The notes under the pieces are model-generated. The model did no database searches and was not told where the DNA came from. It worked only from the letters and a program-made list of their open reading frames with translations. This document shows positions 15,691 through 23,973 of a DNA stretch of 34,763 bases, piece after piece (positions within the stretch are counted from its first letter, which is position 1; each line of letters starts with the position of its first letter). A program made the position numbers and the translations under genes. This DNA is from a virus (lineage: Duplodnaviria; Caudoviricetes), in the IMG/VR virus record IMGVR_UViG_3300049172_000065, positions 1 through 34,763 of that record; one strand, given 5' to 3'.

Positions 15691-16074
15691 GTGGTAGTGA
15701 GGCGAAGGATCACGACCAAGGGATGGCTGGCCAAAACCGGGGGAGCGGCCTTGACCGCGGTCGGCTTCGGGGTATTCATGCTCGGGTTCCTGACGGACCT
15801 GCGAGTGGCCGGCGGACAGCCGGTAGCGCTGATGCTCGCCGGGGGACAGGCAATGATCCTGGGTACCGGGCTGTACTGCTACCACCAGCTGCTGATACGC
15901 AGCATGCAAAATGACGAGGCTCTGCGGTTCCAGTACGACATCGGCTATGAGGCCGGGCATCGAGACGCTGAGAGTTCCGCGCGGCCGGTCCTGGTGGATC
16001 TCGACTCGCGCCGCTGCAGGTGTGAATCGAGGAAGGCGAACAAGGCTGTCGTCAAGGTGGGCGATCGTGTCTAA
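15691..16074 (+). CDS. Two-TM membrane protein
   Basis: Two hydrophobic spans, then YDIGYEAGHRD; GGAAGAGG RBS. Confidence 0.6.
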   Translation: MVVRRRITTKGWLAKTGGAALTAVGFGVFMLGFLTDLRVAGGQPVALMLAGGQAMILGTGLYCYHQLLIRSMQNDEALRFQYDIGYEAGHRDAESSARPVLVDLDSRRCRCESRKANKAVVKVGDRV

Positions 16075-16148
16075 GTTTGTGGCCGCTTTTGAACAAGTTT
16101 GCGTGGTGACGGGACCGGTTACCAAGTGCAAGCCACAGACTCACCTGC

Positions 16149-16493
16149 GTGAGTTCGGACTGGAAGCGGCTGGGGGCCGCGGTCATCTCCGAGCGGGTAC
16201 GTCGAGGGCATCGCACACTGTCGGCGTTCGCACGAGCCGCGGGGCTCAGCCGGACCACGCTGGACAGCATCGAGAACGGCCGCAAGGACGGGTACAGCCC
16301 GACGACGATCGCGGCGCTCGAGCATGCACTCGGTTGGCGGGTGGGGTCCGTGGATCGCGTGCTGCGTGGGTTGGAGCCGTTGCCGGACGAGGACGCGGAC
16401 CTCACCGCGTTGGTCGACGCGTGGCCTCGGCTGTCTCCTGGGTCCCGGAAGATGCTGCGCATGCTGGCCGTGGAGGCTGCGCGCGCCGAGTGA
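16149..16493 (+). CDS. Xre-family HTH regulator 2 (immunity repressor-like)
   Basis: WKRLGAAVISERVRRG...FARAAGLSRTTLDSIENGR...TIAALEHALGW..GS. Confidence 0.85.
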   Translation: MSSDWKRLGAAVISERVRRGHRTLSAFARAAGLSRTTLDSIENGRKDGYSPTTIAALEHALGWRVGSVDRVLRGLEPLPDEDADLTALVDAWPRLSPGSRKMLRMLAVEAARAE

Positions 16494-16497
16494 CGTA

Positions 16498-17589
16498 GTG
16501 GCGCACATCCGGAAGCTGAAGTCGGGGAAATGGCAGGCCACGGTACGCCACCCGTCCGGTGAGCGGTTCTCCAAGAGCGACCCGTTGAAGCGGGTCGTGA
16601 AGGACTGGGCGGACGAACAAGAGGCCCGGATGCGACGGGGTGAGTTCATCGACCCGGCCGCGGGGAAGGTGACACTGGCTGAATGGTGGGGTCAGTGGAC
16701 CTCTGCCCGGGGCGTGGAGGCGGCTACGGCGGACAAGAACCGGTCGTGGTGGCGGAACCACATTGAGCCGGCGTTCGGGTCCTGGCCGCTGACGTCGATC
16801 CAATCCTGGGACGTGCAGAAGTGGGTCGCCGCGTTGCGGGAGCGGAAGGTGGGGGCTACCACTGTGGCCTCTTCCCTCCGGCTTCTGCGGCAACTCCTGT
16901 CAGAGGCGGTTCATCACCGGCTGATCCTCACCAATCCTGCCGAGCTCGTCACCGCACCAACACCAGACCCGCACGTGGACCGGTTCCTCACCCGCGGCGA
17001 AGCCGATCAGCTGCTCAAGCAGTTCGACGGTGAGGACCGGGTGTTCGTGGAGGTGCTGCTGTACTGCGGGCTCAGGTTCCAGGAGGCGGCTGGGTTGCGG
17101 GCGTTCCGGGTCGACCTGTTGCGGAAGCGCCTACAGGTGGCGAAGGTGCAGCCGCGGAAGGGCACCGAGAAGAAGCCGAAGACGGATGCGGGGGTGCGAC
17201 CGGTTCCCTTGACTGACGACCTGACCATTCAGCTTTCCCGGCTAATACCTGCACCAGACGAGTCGCTGGTGTTCACGTCGCCGACGGGGGAGCGGTTGCG
17301 GTATGACAACTGGATCCGGCGCGTGTGGTATCCGGCGTTGAAGAAGGCGAAGCTGGCGGATCCGCAACCTACGCCGCACGACCTGCGTCACACCTACGGT
17401 TCGTGGCTGGGGGAGAAGGGTCTGCCGGCGTCGCAGATCGCGGCGTTGATGGGGCATTCGTCGTTGCGGTCGGTGGAGCGGTACATCCACGCGACGGAGG
17501 CGAGATTCGACCAAGCGAGGGCGGCGCTGGAAGGCGTACCCTCCGAAGAGAAAGGCTCCCGCACCCGCGCTAACGGGCCGGGAGCGTGA
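16498..17589 (+). CDS. int: Tyrosine integrase
   Basis: N-terminal arm-binding KWQATVR; GLRFQE, KPKT, HDLRHT, LMGHSS, ERYIH catalytic motifs. Confidence 0.95.
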   Translation: MAHIRKLKSGKWQATVRHPSGERFSKSDPLKRVVKDWADEQEARMRRGEFIDPAAGKVTLAEWWGQWTSARGVEAATADKNRSWWRNHIEPAFGSWPLTSIQSWDVQKWVAALRERKVGATTVASSLRLLRQLLSEAVHHRLILTNPAELVTAPTPDPHVDRFLTRGEADQLLKQFDGEDRVFVEVLLYCGLRFQEAAGLRAFRVDLLRKRLQVAKVQPRKGTEKKPKTDAGVRPVPLTDDLTIQLSRLIPAPDESLVFTSPTGERLRYDNWIRRVWYPALKKAKLADPQPTPHDLRHTYGSWLGEKGLPASQIAALMGHSSLRSVERYIHATEARFDQARAALEGVPSEEKGSRTRANGPGA

Positions 17590-17609
17590 CCGACTAACAA
17601 GGAGTCGAT

Positions 17610-18044
17610 ATGGCAGACAGTACCGCGCCACCACAATGCGCCTGCGAGAGCTGCGAAGAGACGCGCGCGTTTCGGGCCGAACACCCTTCAATGAAGCTGA
17701 CATCGCTTGAGCAGTTCCACAACATCGGGGCTGCAGCCTCCGGACTCGGGGATGCTGTGGCCAAGCCGTTCATAGACGCCATGAAACGAATCGGTGTCCC
17801 GGTTGAGGCCAAACCGAAGTGGCACAGGCTGTGGTGGATACCGCCCTACCTCGCCGTCCTGATGAGTCTGCTGTGCCTGTTCATCGCTGGATCGTTTGTT
17901 GTTCGTGACGGCGACCCGCGCTCGGCCAGTATCGCCGCAGGGATCGCGGTGGCGAACCTAGGTGTCGCGGCGTGGCTTGTCTGGCTTCACCGGTCAGAGC
18001 GGCAGGAGAGCGGCAGAGCACGTGATCAGCATAGGACGCCTTGA
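17610..18044 (+). CDS. Two-TM membrane protein
   Basis: AAGGAG RBS; two hydrophobic spans; 3' end runs into the attP arm region. Confidence 0.65.
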   Translation: MADSTAPPQCACESCEETRAFRAEHPSMKLTSLEQFHNIGAAASGLGDAVAKPFIDAMKRIGVPVEAKPKWHRLWWIPPYLAVLMSLLCLFIAGSFVVRDGDPRSASIAAGIAVANLGVAAWLVWLHRSERQESGRARDQHRTP

Positions 18045-18236
18045 CACACTCTGACACACCTGTCAGACTCAAGGCACATCGAGAGGCCGCGTGACCTGCA
18101 GGTTCAACTTCCCTTACAAGGAAGATGTCGGGGGTTCGATCCCCTCAGCGCCCACCTGCAGATTCACGCTCAGATCCCTCTCGAAACCACCATTCGGGAG
18201 GGATCTTTCTTATGCCAGAGCGGCAGGAGAGCGGCA
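17995..18236 (+). other. attP site: core equals the 3' half of tRNA-Val(TAC) (about 18107-18156), flanked by arm-type repeats
   Basis: Anticodon arm CTTCC-CTTACAA-GGAAG, T arm GGGGG-TTCGATC-CCCTC, acceptor 3' strand AGCGCCC-ACC, no 5' half; identical 21-mer CAGAGCGGCAGGAGAGCGGCA at 17995-18015 and 18216-18236. Confidence 0.88.
18172..18211 (+). terminator. Intrinsic terminator downstream of the att core (for the reconstituted tRNA)
   Basis: AGATCCCTCTCGAA/TTCGGGAGGGATCT stem followed by TTCTT. Confidence 0.75.
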
Positions 18237-18268
18237 AGACCTCCCACTACAGGGGAGGACCCACCATC

Positions 18269-18796
18269 ATGAGCAACTTTCAGCAGCACCCGCCGCAGCG
18301 GCCGGTCAAGAAGCCGATGTCCAGAGAGGTGCGGATCGCGTGGGCGATCCTGGCCGCGTTCTCGATTCTCGGTGTCGGCGCCGCACTGGGTGCCGCGGGC
18401 GGGAGCGACACAGCGACCGCTTCCACTCCGGGCCCGCAGCCGACCGTGACCGTCAGCATCCCGGGTGAGCCGGGAGCTGAGGTGACCGTGACTGCCCCGC
18501 CTGTGACGATCACGAAGCCTGCCCCGCCGGCCAAGACCGTCACTGCCGCACCACCGGAAGCTGCTGCCGCGATCAGCGGAGACGGCACCTACGAGATCGG
18601 TGTCGACATCAAGCCGGGGAAGTACAAAACTACGGGCGGTGACGGCTGCTACTGGGCACGGCTCAAGGATCTCGAGGGCGGGTTCGACTCGATCATCGCC
18701 AACGAGTTCGCCGACGGACCACAGACAGTCACGATCAAGAAGTCCGACAAGGGGTTCAAGGTGTCGAATTGTGGCGACTGGACAAAGGTCAGCTGA
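18269..18796 (+). CDS. Membrane-anchored surface protein with Pro/Thr linker and disulfide beta-domain
   Basis: AGGGGAGG RBS; TM helix; PTVTVT linker; GDGTYEIGVDIKPGKY...CYWARL...IIAN...CGDW actinobacterial domain. Confidence 0.8.
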   Translation: MSNFQQHPPQRPVKKPMSREVRIAWAILAAFSILGVGAALGAAGGSDTATASTPGPQPTVTVSIPGEPGAEVTVTAPPVTITKPAPPAKTVTAAPPEAAAAISGDGTYEIGVDIKPGKYKTTGGDGCYWARLKDLEGGFDSIIANEFADGPQTVTIKKSDKGFKVSNCGDWTKVS

Positions 18797-19512
18797 TGTC
18801 GGTGGTCCGCATGACTCTTCGTGAATGGATCGCAGGAGCACTTCACGATCACGACCACATGCACACCTGGGACAGCGAGTCCTGTGACGACGCCTGCGGG
18901 ACTGCCGCGTTCCAGAGGGCTGACATCGTCCTTGCAATTCTCGGCACCCGCCCCGGGGTTCTGGACCTGCCCGCCGCCCACCCTGCCGAGCCTGCCCCGA
19001 CGAGTGTGGAGATCTGCTTCAACGACGGCCCGGCTCACCCTCGCACCGAGTGCCACGTCGACAGGTGCGGCTTGGAGGCTGCCGAGCCCGCCTCAGGCCA
19101 GCGCCCCTCGGACGCTGCGGTAGAAGCAGCGCAGTCTGTCTACCGGATCGATCCCCCGTACATGCGCGACGCTTTGAAGGCCGCATACCGCGTGGACGCA
19201 CCCCGGCCGCTGCTGGACCGGGAAGCAGTGCAGCACGCGCTCCAGTTGCACTGGTGGGACGAGGACAGCGAACCGTGCGCGTGCGGGTTTGACTTCCTCG
19301 CAGCAGGGCAGGGTTGGAAGCATCACCTGGCCGATGCCGTGCTGGAGCTGGCCCGGCCGATGCCGACACAGGAAGCGGTCATGGACATGCTGGCCAACGA
19401 AGGTGTCGGTTGCAACAACCTGAAGACCGCCCAGGAACTCATCGAGCACCGGACCGGGGTCGCTGCATCTATGTTGGCGTTGATCAACCAGACCACCCGG
19501 AGTGAGCCATGA
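18796..19512 (+). CDS. Hypothetical protein (mosaic of short phage modules)
   Basis: TGATG coupling; REAVQHALQLH...CACG...HHLADAVL module. Confidence 0.65.
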   Translation: MSVVRMTLREWIAGALHDHDHMHTWDSESCDDACGTAAFQRADIVLAILGTRPGVLDLPAAHPAEPAPTSVEICFNDGPAHPRTECHVDRCGLEAAEPASGQRPSDAAVEAAQSVYRIDPPYMRDALKAAYRVDAPRPLLDREAVQHALQLHWWDEDSEPCACGFDFLAAGQGWKHHLADAVLELARPMPTQEAVMDMLANEGVGCNNLKTAQELIEHRTGVAASMLALINQTTRSEP

Positions 19513-19709
19513 GCGGCCACGTGGACGTCCTGGTTATAGCAGCCCACCGACATCGGTGGGTGCTTGAGTACCGCAGGCAGTGCGATGCCGCAGGCAGGCG
19601 TCTCCCGTTCGAGCGGGTGCGGGTTGAGAGTCTGGCGAGCGCCGAGCGGGAGGAGCAGTTGACGGACGAGCAGATCGTTGAGCGCGTCAGGGCTGCGGTC
19701 AGCGAGTAG
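19509..19709 (+). CDS. Hypothetical protein
   Basis: ATGA coupling. Confidence 0.5.
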   Translation: MSGHVDVLVIAAHRHRWVLEYRRQCDAAGRRLPFERVRVESLASAEREEQLTDEQIVERVRAAVSE

Positions 19710-19724
19710 TAGTCTCGGGCATAG

Positions 19725-19765
19725 AAAAAGTGCCCTCCACTAGGCGGCGAGGCCAGTGGAGGGCA
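19725..19765 (-). terminator. Minus-strand intrinsic terminator
   Basis: TGCCCTCCACT/AGTGGAGGGCA stem with AAAAAG on its left (U-tract on the minus strand). Confidence 0.7.
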
Positions 19766-19797
19766 AGAGTCGAACAGGGTTAGGAGATGCTCGACAA

Positions 19798-19977
19798 ATG
19801 AACGATAGCAAGACAGCACCCGACCGGTTGCGCGAGATGGTGATCCGAATGCGGGATGATGCCGCAGCGAACGGGGATTTTCAGGGAGCGGCGGAACTCG
19901 ACGAGAAGCTACGCGAAGCATTCCCGCGAGAGACCATCCCCGGCCAGCGTGGTTCCGAGTGGGGTGGTCAGGGATGA
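19798..19977 (+). CDS. Small protein with UVR (UvrB/UvrC)-like helical motif
   Basis: AGGAG RBS; LREMVIRMRDDAAANGDFQGAAELDEKLRE. Confidence 0.55.
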   Translation: MNDSKTAPDRLREMVIRMRDDAAANGDFQGAAELDEKLREAFPRETIPGQRGSEWGGQG

Positions 19978-20192
19978 CCGAGCCGGCCAACGTGCACCCG
20001 ATCCCGCAACGGGTCGGCCAAGGCGGCGCGTTCCAGGGGATGCGGGTCCGCGACAACGAGTACGGCACCGGGACTGTGGTGATGGTGACCAGCATCGGTA
20101 TCCAGGTCCACTGGGACCAGGAGCTGACAGGGACCCGGGAGCATGTGCTGATGCATGACGTGCGGTACGTGGAAGCGATGGAGCGGCTATGA
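19974..20192 (+). CDS. Small SH3/Tudor-like protein
   Basis: ATGA coupling; GMRVRDNEYGTGTVVMV...IQVHWD. Confidence 0.6.
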   Translation: MTEPANVHPIPQRVGQGGAFQGMRVRDNEYGTGTVVMVTSIGIQVHWDQELTGTREHVLMHDVRYVEAMERL

Positions 20193-20384
20193 CCACCAAG
20201 TTCCTGATCAAGCGCGGTCCGGCTGCGATCATCAGATGGAGAGACAACCAGAGCCCCCCATCTCCCGGCGAGGGAAGCGGAGGACTCTGATGCTCACCCG
20301 CACGTGCGCTATTTGGGCTTGCGTCGGCGAGTCTATCCAGGGTGACCCTGTTGAGTGCAAGCCCAACGACAGGATGGTACAGCG

Positions 20385-20615
20385 ATGAGCGGCACGAAGC
20401 TGTGGCTAGTAGAGATCCACGATGATGACTTCGAGTACGACTGCTTCGTGTCCGGGGCCGTGTGGGCGGAGACTGCCGCAGAAGCGAAAAGGTTGATCCG
20501 TGAAAGTCAGGCGGGAGGCGGTGGTGACGGCCTGCCCCGTGGCGACAAGACGCGGCTAACCGCCAAGCCTGCGCGAAAGACTGGCGTCGTGCATGTTCAC
20601 TGGCACGCGGGATGA
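20385..20615 (+). CDS. Phage hypothetical protein
   Basis: KLWLV...YD......VWAETAAEAK motif; ATGA coupling downstream. Confidence 0.6.
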   Translation: MSGTKLWLVEIHDDDFEYDCFVSGAVWAETAAEAKRLIRESQAGGGGDGLPRGDKTRLTAKPARKTGVVHVHWHAG

Positions 20616-20800
20616 CTGCTCGCGCTCTCCGTGATGTTCAGGTGGGTGATGTGGTGGACGACTACGGCACCCACCGGACCGTGGAACGTGTCGAGGCTGG
20701 CCGGGATGACCACGGCTACCCGCACGTCACCCTGATCTATGAGGACGGGCACAGCCTCACCCACCAAGCAAGCCACACAGTGAAGGTAGTGGAGCGATGA
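20612..20800 (+). CDS. Small beta-barrel-like hypothetical protein
   Basis: DVQVGDVV...TVERVE; ATGA overlaps. Confidence 0.6.
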   Translation: MTARALRDVQVGDVVDDYGTHRTVERVEAGRDDHGYPHVTLIYEDGHSLTHQASHTVKVVER

Positions 20801-21015
20801 CAGAGCAAGCAACCGGCGCAGAGCTGGCAGACCAAATCCGAAGCCTGCCCTACGATCCCAGCTTCCTGGTCGGCTATTTCGTCACCTTCGTCGGCAAAAT
20901 CGCAGATGGGGACTACCACGGGCAGCCAGACGACATCGCCAGATGCATCCTCGAGCGGATGGCGAATGAAGACCAGGCGCGCAAAGAGTTACCTGCTGCG
21001 GTCTTCAGTAGGTAA
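20797..21015 (+). CDS. Hypothetical protein
   Basis: GGAG RBS; ATGA overlap; converges on the holin gene. Confidence 0.55.
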   Translation: MTEQATGAELADQIRSLPYDPSFLVGYFVTFVGKIADGDYHGQPDDIARCILERMANEDQARKELPAAVFSR

Positions 21016-21268
21016 TGCGCTCGCTCGGTGGAACGGGCTGCACCGACTCGTTCGCCAGCGACGGCCCAGGGTTGCCGGCGCCAGCAGAGATCAGCGACGT
21101 CAGAACGGACAGGACCGCGCCACCCAGGAACACGCTCGCGCCGCGCTCGAAGTCGACCTCGAAGATGTCCAGGACTCCGTCAGCGACAGGCCAGGCCAGG
21201 ATCAGCGCCTGGCTGCCGGTCTTCACGGCACGCTCAGCGGCGGCCTTCCAGAATGCCTTGCTGAACAT
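21005..21268 (-). CDS. Holin (r1t-like)
   Basis: FWKAAAERAVKTGSQAL...AVLSVLTSLIS...PSL; follows the lysin. Confidence 0.88.
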   Translation of the reverse strand: MFSKAFWKAAAERAVKTGSQALILAWPVADGVLDIFEVDFERGASVFLGGAVLSVLTSLISAGAGNPGPSLANESVQPVPPSERITY

Positions 21269-21270
21269 GG

Positions 21271-22068
21271 TCAGGCCTCCTTGGTTGCGGCCGGGGCCGC
21301 GTCGTCGTCGGTGTCATCCTCGATGCGGTCCAGCTGAAGGTCTGCCTCTTCCATCGAGGCGTCGGTGCGCTGCATGAACTCTCCAGCGGTGCCGCCCTCG
21401 CCCCAGAGCAGGCGGCCGTACTCGCGGTTGGCCCGCATGCCGCCCAGGTAGGCGCGCTGCTCGACAGCGTCCAGGTCTGCTTCGGTGAGTGCCATGTCAT
21501 CTCCTGTTGATACGGGGGGTTTCGGGGTTGGGGCTGGCGCGGTAGCGGTCCTGAACCACGGGACCAACACGTTGTTGAACTGCCGGATCCGGTCAGGCCC
21601 AGGGCACGACTTGCTGACTGGTGTCCACGCCCCAGGGGCACCGAATAGGACGTGGTAGCCGACACCAGGAGCGTTCCAAGCAGGACACTTACGCAGCGGG
21701 AACCTGTGCGTACGGCTGGCCCACGCCAGAAGCTTCTTGATTTCGTTGATCTGACTCGGCGTCCATCCACCCCGCTCGAGACCTTGGGTCTCGACGGAGA
21801 TGAAGCCGTACCGCTTCCCGTCCTTCAGGAAGCTGTTGCCCTTGTAGTTCGCGTCCGCCTCCCGGGATGTGTCCCGGTACTGTTCGGGCTTACCGGACTT
21901 CGGGATGTGGAAGTGGGACTCGATTCCACCGGAGCGGTCCTTGAAGTAGCTGTACAGGGAGCCGGAGTTACCGGCGTCCACGTGGAGGATGACGCCGATC
22001 GGGATGATCGCCGGGTCGTTGCTTCCGGGGTTGATCAGCTTCTTGACGGCTCCGGAGTAGAGGGCCAT
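21271..22068 (-). CDS. Endolysin, N-acetylmuramoyl-L-alanine amidase (Amidase_2)
   Basis: ILHV, SHFHI, ISVETQG, GYH, KSCPG Zn-amidase motifs. Confidence 0.88.
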   Translation of the reverse strand: MALYSGAVKKLINPGSNDPAIIPIGVILHVDAGNSGSLYSYFKDRSGGIESHFHIPKSGKPEQYRDTSREADANYKGNSFLKDGKRYGFISVETQGLERGGWTPSQINEIKKLLAWASRTHRFPLRKCPAWNAPGVGYHVLFGAPGAWTPVSKSCPGPDRIRQFNNVLVPWFRTATAPAPTPKPPVSTGDDMALTEADLDAVEQRAYLGGMRANREYGRLLWGEGGTAGEFMQRTDASMEEADLQLDRIEDDTDDDAAPAATKEA

Positions 22069-22146
22069 GTTGTCCCCGTTCCTTGCTCCCAGATTTGGAG
22101 CAGCTTGGAGTAACCTTGGAGTGCGTACCCCTGGTAAGGACGCAAC

Positions 22147-22178
22147 TGACCCCGGCATCGGTCGGGGTCATTCCTTTT
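22147..22178 (+). terminator. Plus-strand (antisense) terminator inside the lysis cassette
   Basis: TGACCCCGGC-ATCG-GTCGGGGTCA followed by TTCCTTTT. Confidence 0.65.
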
Positions 22179-23077
22179 CAGCGGCTGGTCTTCGCTGCGG
22201 GGGTGGGGTCAGGTGCTACTACCAGGCGGCAGGGGCCGCGGCTGTAGCGGACCGCTTCCCCGTCAGGGAACGGTTTGTCGTAGGTGATGCGCCAACGTCC
22301 GTCGTCCATGCAGTCGATGTCGGTGACGCCGCGGCCATCGGCTCCGTCCTTGCCGTCTGTGCCGTTGGTTCCGTTGATGCCAGCCGTGCCCTCACAGGTG
22401 CCGCCGGACTGCTGCGCGCAATGCGCGGCCAAGGCTGTCTGAGAGGCTCTCAGAAGTTCCTCATCGGTGACCTTTGGGGCTGGATCGCCCTTGTCGCCTT
22501 TGTCGCCCTTCTCGCCAGGCTTCGGGTCGCAGCGGCCCTCAAGGCAGTAGGAGGCGAGCGCGACCTTCGCGTAGGTCTGCAACTCCGCAGGGGTGGGCGT
22601 CTTCCCGTCTGCAGGCTTCGGGATCAGGGCGACCGCCGCTCGCGCTATCTGGGTGATTTCAGCCTGCGTGACTGGCGTGTTGCTGCGGGCAACTTGGTCC
22701 GCCACGATCTCGCGTACCGCAGCGGCTTCGGCTGCGTTCAGTTCGTCCTGCTGGATTGGCGCAGGAACAGTCGGGCTGATCGGAGACTCGGTCGGGACCG
22801 GCACCGTCGGTTTCCCCGCCGCAGCCAAGCGGCGGTTCGCTTCCTCAGCTGCCGACTTCGCCGACTGGGCAATCTGCCCGTTCTCCTTCACCTGCCCCGT
22901 CAACACCTCCACCTGGGCACCCGACTGCGACAACTTCAAATCGCTGGTGTCAGCGCGCCTGTCGGAGCGGTACGCGAACCCCAACGTCATCGCCAGAATC
23001 AACGCCACCACCAGCCAGATAATCCCGGTGCGCCGCTTGTCGCGCATGTCGTCCGACACCACTTGCTCGGGTCTCAT
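22178..23077 (-). CDS. Membrane-anchored protein with coiled coil and collagen-like Gly-X-Y repeats
   Basis: N-terminal TM; GEKGDKGDKGD and GTAGINGTNGTDGKDGADG; paired Cys residues. Confidence 0.75.
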   Translation of the reverse strand: MRPEQVVSDDMRDKRRTGIIWLVVALILAMTLGFAYRSDRRADTSDLKLSQSGAQVEVLTGQVKENGQIAQSAKSAAEEANRRLAAAGKPTVPVPTESPISPTVPAPIQQDELNAAEAAAVREIVADQVARSNTPVTQAEITQIARAAVALIPKPADGKTPTPAELQTYAKVALASYCLEGRCDPKPGEKGDKGDKGDPAPKVTDEELLRASQTALAAHCAQQSGGTCEGTAGINGTNGTDGKDGADGRGVTDIDCMDDGRWRITYDKPFPDGEAVRYSRGPCRLVVAPDPTPAAKTSR

Positions 23078-23385
23078 GTCGCTTCCTCGTCGCCGACGAA
23101 ATCAGCCTTCGGGCGCGCGGGGATCGGCAACCCACGACGCTCGAGCTCGTACTCACATTTGCCGGCGAACGAACGCCAGTAGTCGCGTTCCTTCTCGGCC
23201 TGGACACGTTCCTTGTCTGCCTGCCGGCGGGCGTCGTACTGCTCCTCGCGCCATCTCTTCAGGTCAGCGATGGCACCGCGCTCCTTCGTGTGTGCGCCCT
23301 TGCGGATCTCCGCTACGCCCTTGTAGGCGGCGAGGAACACAGCGGCGAGGCCAGTCGGGAAAAGGGTGTTCAGCCAGTCATTCAC
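23074..23385 (-). CDS. Single-TM coiled-coil protein (lysis cassette)
   Basis: N-terminal hydrophobic helix, charged coiled coil. Confidence 0.7.
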   Translation of the reverse strand: MNDWLNTLFPTGLAAVFLAAYKGVAEIRKGAHTKERGAIADLKRWREEQYDARRQADKERVQAEKERDYWRSFAGKCEYELERRGLPIPARPKADFVGDEEAT

Positions 23386-23779
23386 TGTTCACCGCCTTGG
23401 ATCCGGCGGCGGTGTTCCAGATGTCGATGAACCTCGCAGTGACCCACAGCATGAACGATCCGAACAACAGGCCGAACGTGATCCGTGCCGGGTTGGCACC
23501 GGTGACACCGGTCGTGGTGAGGACACCGCACAGCATCAGGAAGACGAAGAACAAGGCCACGGTGCCGACGAACTCACCCAGCCACCAGTCGGTGATGACG
23601 CCGAGCAGGCAGAGGATTCCACCCACGAACAGCATGACCGCCCACGCGTTCACCATGACACCCAGGCTGGATGTGAGGACCGCCGATTCGATGAAGAACA
23701 TCGACGTGCCGGCCATGGCGAGCATGAGGTATTTGGAGATCCGGACTCCGCGGCGGTACTTCTGCGGTATCAGCCTCAT
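23378..23779 (-). CDS. Four-TM membrane protein (lysis cassette)
   Basis: Four hydrophobic spans. Confidence 0.75.
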   Translation of the reverse strand: MRLIPQKYRRGVRISKYLMLAMAGTSMFFIESAVLTSSLGVMVNAWAVMLFVGGILCLLGVITDWWLGEFVGTVALFFVFLMLCGVLTTTGVTGANPARITFGLLFGSFMLWVTARFIDIWNTAAGSKAVNSE

Positions 23780-23946
23780 CGCTTGTCCCCGTCCCCAGGT
23801 TGGTCAGGTATCCGCGGGATCGCGAAGACCACGGCGAACGCACGGGCAGCATCCTCCATAGCAGTGAGGCGGCGCTCCAGTTCCTCGATGCGGGTGATCA
23901 GTTCGTTCAGTGCCTCGGGTGGGAGGCAGCAGTGTTTCTTGGCCAT
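23776..23946 (-). CDS. Hypothetical protein, 56 aa (MAKKHCCLPPEALNELITRIEELERRL...)
   Basis: Translated by hand; GGGGA RBS; ATGA overlap. Confidence 0.55.
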   Translation of the reverse strand: MAKKHCCLPPEALNELITRIEELERRLTAMEDAARAFAVVFAIPRIPDQPGDGDKR

Positions 23947-23973
23947 TCCGTATCCCCAGAGTTGTCGGAATGG

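Noticed and set aside
18107-18156. Functional tRNA-Val gene
   Set aside because: Only the anticodon arm, T arm and 3' acceptor strand are present; no D arm or 5' acceptor strand. It is the attP core.
18125-18268. N-terminal extension of the surface protein
   Set aside because: It runs through the att core and terminator; the ATG at 18269 has a strong RBS.
19770-19785. Full LexA (SOS) box
   Set aside because: TCGAAC half-site is present but the second half (TTAGGA at N4 spacing) does not match GTTCGA; kept only as a weak hint.
20189-20290. 33-aa ORF MTTKFLIKRG... coupled to the Tudor-like gene
   Set aside because: Its 3' half runs through a hairpin (about 20250-20288) that is better explained as a minus-strand terminator; coding support is too weak.
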